DNA from: Nitrososphaerota archaeon
GTDB taxonomy: Archaea; Thermoproteota; Nitrososphaeria_A; Caldarchaeales; Calditenuaceae
Length of the DNA stretch: 64,000 nt
Direction: 5' to 3'
NCBI GenBank assembly: GCA_038845265.1
Contig: JAWBQR010000002.1
Span: 65,150-129,149, forward strand
Shown: piece after piece, positions 62,543-64,000 of the stretch
Numbering within the stretch: the first letter of the stretch is position 1
How the letters are laid out: each line of letters begins with the position of its first letter
Program-made: the position numbers and the translations under genes
Notes under the pieces: generated by a model
Told to the model about the DNA's origin: nothing
Seen by the model: only the letters and a program-made list of their open reading frames with translations
Databases searched by the model: none

Positions 62543-63880
62543 TTGTCGCTGAGGGATAAATGGGCCTCGAGGTATCTTGAGTTGACGAGGAGGTCTGAGG
62601 CGCTTTTTAGGAGGGCGTCCCAATCGATTCCAGGCGGCGTAAATTATCCGCTGAGGTATCTCGCGCCACATCCGCTCTACGCCTCTAGGGCGGAGGGATG
62701 CTACGTATGGGACATCGACGGGAATAGATATGTTGACTACTGGATGGGGCACTTCGCCCTAATCATGGGACATGCCTATAGAAAGGTTATAGACGCAGCG
62801 AAGGAGCAGCTCGAGGTAGGCGCCCATTTCGGGCTCGAGCATGAATGGGAAGTGATGCTTGCGGAGCAGATCAAGAAGATGGTTAGAAGCGTCGAGCTCG
62901 TCAGGTTCGCGAACAGTGGAACCGAGGCAAACATGTATGCGGTCAGGGCGGTGAGGACATATACTGGCAGGAAGGAAATAGGCAAGCTTGAGGGCTGCTG
63001 GCATGGAGGATATGACGGGCTCCACAAGGCGGTTAGCTATCCATTCGACGCGGCGTCATCAGCTGGCCTGCCAGAAGAGGTTACTGGATTGACGGTTGTG
63101 CTTCCGTTTAACGACATAGAGGGCGCCACCAAGATAATCAGGTCTAGAAGGCTTGCAGCTGTCTTTGTCGAGCTGGTCCCCTCGCAGGGAGCCTTTAACC
63201 CAGCCGATACTGAATATGTAAAGGCGCTTCGAGAGGCGTGTGATGAGACGGGCACACTGCTGGTATTCGACGAGGTGATTACGGGATTTAGGCTCAGCCC
63301 AGGAGGAGCACAGGAAATATATCGAATATATCCGGACCTGACGGTGTTTGGAAAAATACTTGGTGGAGGCTTCATGCCGATGGGCGCGTTCGGAGGCAGG
63401 TCCGAGGTGATGGAGCGGCTCGACCAGACCAAGTTTACTAAGCCGTCAGAGAGGTCTTTCCACGGCGGCACGTATGCAGGCAATCCTCTGGCGGCGCGCT
63501 GCGGCTACACGCTCCTAAAAGAGCTAGAGAGTGGGGAGGTTCAGGAGAGGCTCAACGGGCTGGGAGAATACGCGAGGAGGAGGCTCAGAGAAGCTGTAGA
63601 GCGCTCTGGTCTCCAGGCATATGTGACTGGTATAGGCTCACTCATCGGTCTTCAGTTCATGTCTACGCCTCCTAGGTCGCCTAGAGACACGCTGAGCAAG
63701 ATGGACAGGGAGCTCGCAGAGGCGCTATACTACTACATGCTTATCAACGGTGTGTACTACATCTCGCCCCACGTGCCACACTTTGGGCTGAGCGCACCCC
63801 ATAGGGAGGAGCACATCGATAATCTAGCCACGCTCCTAGAGGAATTCGGAGACGAAGTAAGAAGAGAGAAGAGGCACTAG
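62543..63880 (+). CDS. class III aminotransferase, glutamate-1-semialdehyde 2,1-aminomutase-like (paralog 2, closer to HemL)
   Basis: IPGGVNYPLR, NSGTEANMYA, FDEVITGFR and FGKILGGGFMPMGAFGGR resemble the HemL motifs IPGGVNSPVR and LGKIIGGGMPVGAFGGR. TTG start; no in-frame ATG near the 5' end. Confidence 0.8.
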   Translation: MSLRDKWASRYLELTRRSEALFRRASQSIPGGVNYPLRYLAPHPLYASRAEGCYVWDIDGNRYVDYWMGHFALIMGHAYRKVIDAAKEQLEVGAHFGLEHEWEVMLAEQIKKMVRSVELVRFANSGTEANMYAVRAVRTYTGRKEIGKLEGCWHGGYDGLHKAVSYPFDAASSAGLPEEVTGLTVVLPFNDIEGATKIIRSRRLAAVFVELVPSQGAFNPADTEYVKALREACDETGTLLVFDEVITGFRLSPGGAQEIYRIYPDLTVFGKILGGGFMPMGAFGGRSEVMERLDQTKFTKPSERSFHGGTYAGNPLAARCGYTLLKELESGEVQERLNGLGEYARRRLREAVERSGLQAYVTGIGSLIGLQFMSTPPRSPRDTLSKMDRELAEALYYYMLINGVYYISPHVPHFGLSAPHREEHIDNLATLLEEFGDEVRREKRH

Positions 63881-64000
63881 TGAGATTTGTCCCACATGGG
63901 AGACACGTCACCCACGTCTTACACGGCTTAACACTGATCGAAACAAACACCAAAAGTTTTCTGAACTTCTGCTTTATGGCCAATGATTGATTATTAGCCA

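Noticed and set aside
63744-63983. 79-aa minus-strand ORF at the right edge
   Set aside because: It mostly overlaps the 3' end of the aminotransferase gene in antisense and has no motifs.

Overview
The window reads as a chromosomal segment of a thermophilic archaeon, probably Thermoproteota (Crenarchaeota). Archaeal markers: class V fructose-1,6-bisphosphate aldolase/phosphatase, the Csl4-RpoL-TFS neighbourhood, PCNA, a class I CCA-adding enzyme, archaeal RNase J and Clp1, A-rich coding strands, TATA-like boxes close to start codons, and a tRNA-Gln that appears to carry two introns, one non-canonical in the D-loop. Coding density is very high, with many 4-nt ATGA/GTGA overlaps. I call 69 protein genes (one open-ended at the left edge, one 58-aa gene below the ORF-track cutoff) and 2 tRNAs. 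I saw no rRNA, CRISPR array, transposase or integrase. Most of the window is housekeeping: pyrB-pyrI-pyrC, gdhA, tmk, fbp, cca, pcn, tfs. The accessory part is a more AT-rich block at about 24.9-35.7 kb holding a CUT1-type ABC sugar importer, four Gfo/Idh/MocA oxidoreductases and a TIM-barrel isomerase-like gene. Best candidates for undescribed biology: (1) two tandem MalK-like ATPases whose motif lesions all map to one composite ATP site; (2) the oxidoreductase-rich sugar cluster as a possible keto-sugar or cyclitol pathway; (3) a tightly coupled operon of HTH-phosphoribosyltransferase regulator, membrane-anchored PLD nuclease and CutA, plus a second HTH-PRTase paralog with a destroyed PRPP loop; (4) cysteine synthase next to a JAMM/MPN+ protease with no sulfur-carrier gene nearby; (5) a metallophosphoesterase-Clp1 kinase pair resembling a split RNA end-healing module; (6) an amine-dehydrogenase-like gene paired with a GSA-aminomutase-like gene; (7) a Tat-signal SagB-type nitroreductase. 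All family calls rest on motifs I recognised by eye; no database search was run.
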